Part shown: piece by piece, positions 62,068 to 64,000 of the stretch
Layout of the letters: every line of letters starts with the position of its first letter
How positions within the stretch are numbered: the first letter of the stretch is position 1
From: Phyllobates terribilis
Taxonomy: Eukaryota
Assembly (NCBI RefSeq): GCF_046119375.1
Contig: NW_027362767.1
Span: 184,698,001 to 184,762,000, forward strand
Length of the DNA stretch: 64,000 bases
Direction of reading: 5' to 3'
The notes under the pieces: model-generated
The model's database searches: none
What the model was told of the DNA's origin: nothing
What the model saw: the letters and a program-made list of their open reading frames with translations, nothing else
Translations under genes and position numbers: made by a program

Positions 62068-63873
62068 AAAGTTGACGCGCCCCTGGGCCTTCTGTGTCGT
62101 GCGGCATCGCGTGCACGGGGGCTTACCCGGAGCCGGATCAGATGGGGGTAGTAGTCTCGTGGCGGTGACCCGGTCCGTGCCCAGGGAGTCAAACTAAGTG
62201 GCGAGTCTATTAGCAGTAGATGTTGGATGACTACGCCACCCGTTGAATGCAGCTTTGGAGCTGCCGCTGCAGGGCAGACCGCTGAGGCCGGTGGAAGGAT
62301 GGTGCAGCGGGGATGGTATAACCCCCAACGGGAGGGGTATGGCCTCAGGGCAGCCGACGTGGATGATGGGGGTAGCAGGAACCACTCAGAGACGATGCGT
62401 GTAGTTCAGGGTCTTTACTGGTGACAAAGATAGACCCTCCCGGAGTACTTGCTAGCGATCGGGGCCTGGTCAGTCCTTGAGCAGATGGGATCTCCCCTGG
62501 CCAGGCGGAGTTGTAGGCCTTCCCAGCTAACTGTACTCTTCTGGCTACCTTGCTAGAGGCGGGTAAAAGTAGCCCACGTCCCTGAGTGTACCGTGTGGTG
62601 CTCACCCGTATGGCCGGTGACTCGGGGCCTTCTAATGGCTTCCGCTCCACGATGGCGGTGCTGGTCCCACGCGTGTGACCGTGCCTTCGGGTTTCTGGGC
62701 CAGAGGACCTGCAATCCCCTGCCGGTCGGTTTCTGCTGCTGGGTAAGGATTAGTCCCCACAGCCTCGGACTCCGGGTCCGGTGATAACTTCTCAGTCAGG
62801 GCGAGCTCTGCAGCTGCCAGCCCCTGACTCCTTGTAGCACTGCTCCCACAGAGCTCCTGTTGTTTCTTCCTATGCTGCTTCTCTTCTCTACTCTTGTTCT
62901 CTCTCTCTCTCCCGACCCTGCCTCAGCCCCCGGTTTATATAGGGGAAGTTCTTCCCCTCCCAGGACTGGGCAGGAGGTGTGGCATGCATAAGATCCCTGA
63001 CCAAGAGACCTCCCACCTGCTCTCAGACATAATATTGCTATTATTGTGGAGACCAGACCCCTGGGGTGCCACATATATACTGTAGATATATATACTAATG
63101 ATATTAAAGGGCTATTTTAATATTATTAAATTGTTTTTTTGTTAAACAGCATTAAAATATGTAAGTTTGTATTTCCCTTCATATCTACTTTCATTCTCCT
63201 GCAATGAGAGCATTTACACAACATAATATACACCTTGTTTACAGGGAGAACAACTTCCAGAGCCTGGCTATGTATGTGCAGCAGTTACATTCCAGGCTGA
63301 GGAGTTAACTCCTAACATCCCAATCAGCTCTTTAAAGCAGTTGATTTTTGTACATCAACTGCTCACCACCCTCTCTCTCCCTATGAGCTCCTGACCAGAT
63401 CCGGCTGTTATCAGTCCCTTAAGATCACTTGGCTCCTGCCCCCAACAGAAGCAGTTCTCCTAATTAGGGATCTCACTTTCCTGATGTTTTTTCAAAGACC
63501 CTATTATCTCTATATGTAAATATAGTAAATACAAGTGTAGACTTTAGAACAATGACAGACAGTTATTACAGAAACAAAGAGGAGTGGCAGCACCCACAGC
63601 TACCAAAAAAGTAAGGAGACTGCTGCTAAAGAGACAACTTGAGAATACCCACTTAAATATAGCCATTAAAATAGCTTTCATAAAACAGGAAAGTATCAGA
63701 AGTAGCATATAAGAACTGCCATAGAAAAAGAAACCTACAGGAATCAATGAACCTCCAGTCCCAGTTATGTATAACATAGAGTTCCTAGGACCTATATTCT
63801 TCTCTGAAGATATTGAACGTTTGTGCCACTCCATTCTATTATTCCTTTAATTGTTGGTAGCTAACAAGACATG

Positions 63874-64000
63874 TGACGTGCCCCCTGGGCCGTGTGTGTA
63901 GGGGAATACCCGGAGCCGGGTCTCTGTGCAATGCTGGGTGTTGTAGTCTCCGTGGCGACGACCCGGTCCCGTGGCTCAGGGTGGTCAAACCAGTGGCGGA
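63874..64000 (-). mobile_element. Start of another related LTR (runs off the window)
   Basis: catg|tgacgtgccccctgggcc...acccggagccgg...cagggtggtcaaac, homologous to 53632 and 55179. Confidence 0.8.

Larger units (their letters stand above)
55179..63073 (-). mobile_element. Young full-length Ty3/gypsy element (7895 bp, no chromodomain)
   Basis: 1001-bp LTRs at 55179-56179 and 62073-63073, with 4 differences by eye. TATA flanks, a PPT at 56180-56190 and a tRNA-Ser PBS. Confidence 0.95.

Noticed and set aside
1-64000. Antisense orientation bias of elements relative to the KLF exon
   Set aside because: More elements lie on the minus strand, but several are nested or related and the counts are too small to test.

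Overview
Eukaryotic (vertebrate, most likely anuran amphibian, inferred from the transposon families) genomic DNA. About 85% of the window, summed from the boundaries I mapped by hand, is transposable-element sequence, much of it nested with intact target-site duplications (TSDs). The only host coding sequence I can support is a 60-bp, phase 1-1, AG/GT-bounded exon (47765-47824, +) encoding most of zinc finger 1 of a Kruppel-like factor, with a KLF5-type exon architecture. I found no other KLF exon, so the window is probably mostly intron. Contents: six Tc1/mariner elements (one with an intact DD34E ORF and TIRs), two large hAT elements with perfect 8-bp TSDs, two young Ty3/gypsy LTR elements each broken by a single nonsense codon, a decayed chromovirus, a Gmr1-order (INT before RT) gypsy fragment, a gag-only chromovirus derivative with in-frame repeats, several solo LTRs and MITEs, and several tandem arrays. 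There is no prokaryotic system, CRISPR array or RNA gene. The most unusual observations are: a 30-copy 71-bp satellite grown from a Tc1 transposase 3' end; inverted transposase fragments inside a hAT element; a dUTPase-fold-like insert in a gypsy Pol; and a capsid-NTD plus repeat ORF resembling LDOC1/RTL-type domesticates. All were read by eye, and no database searches were run.
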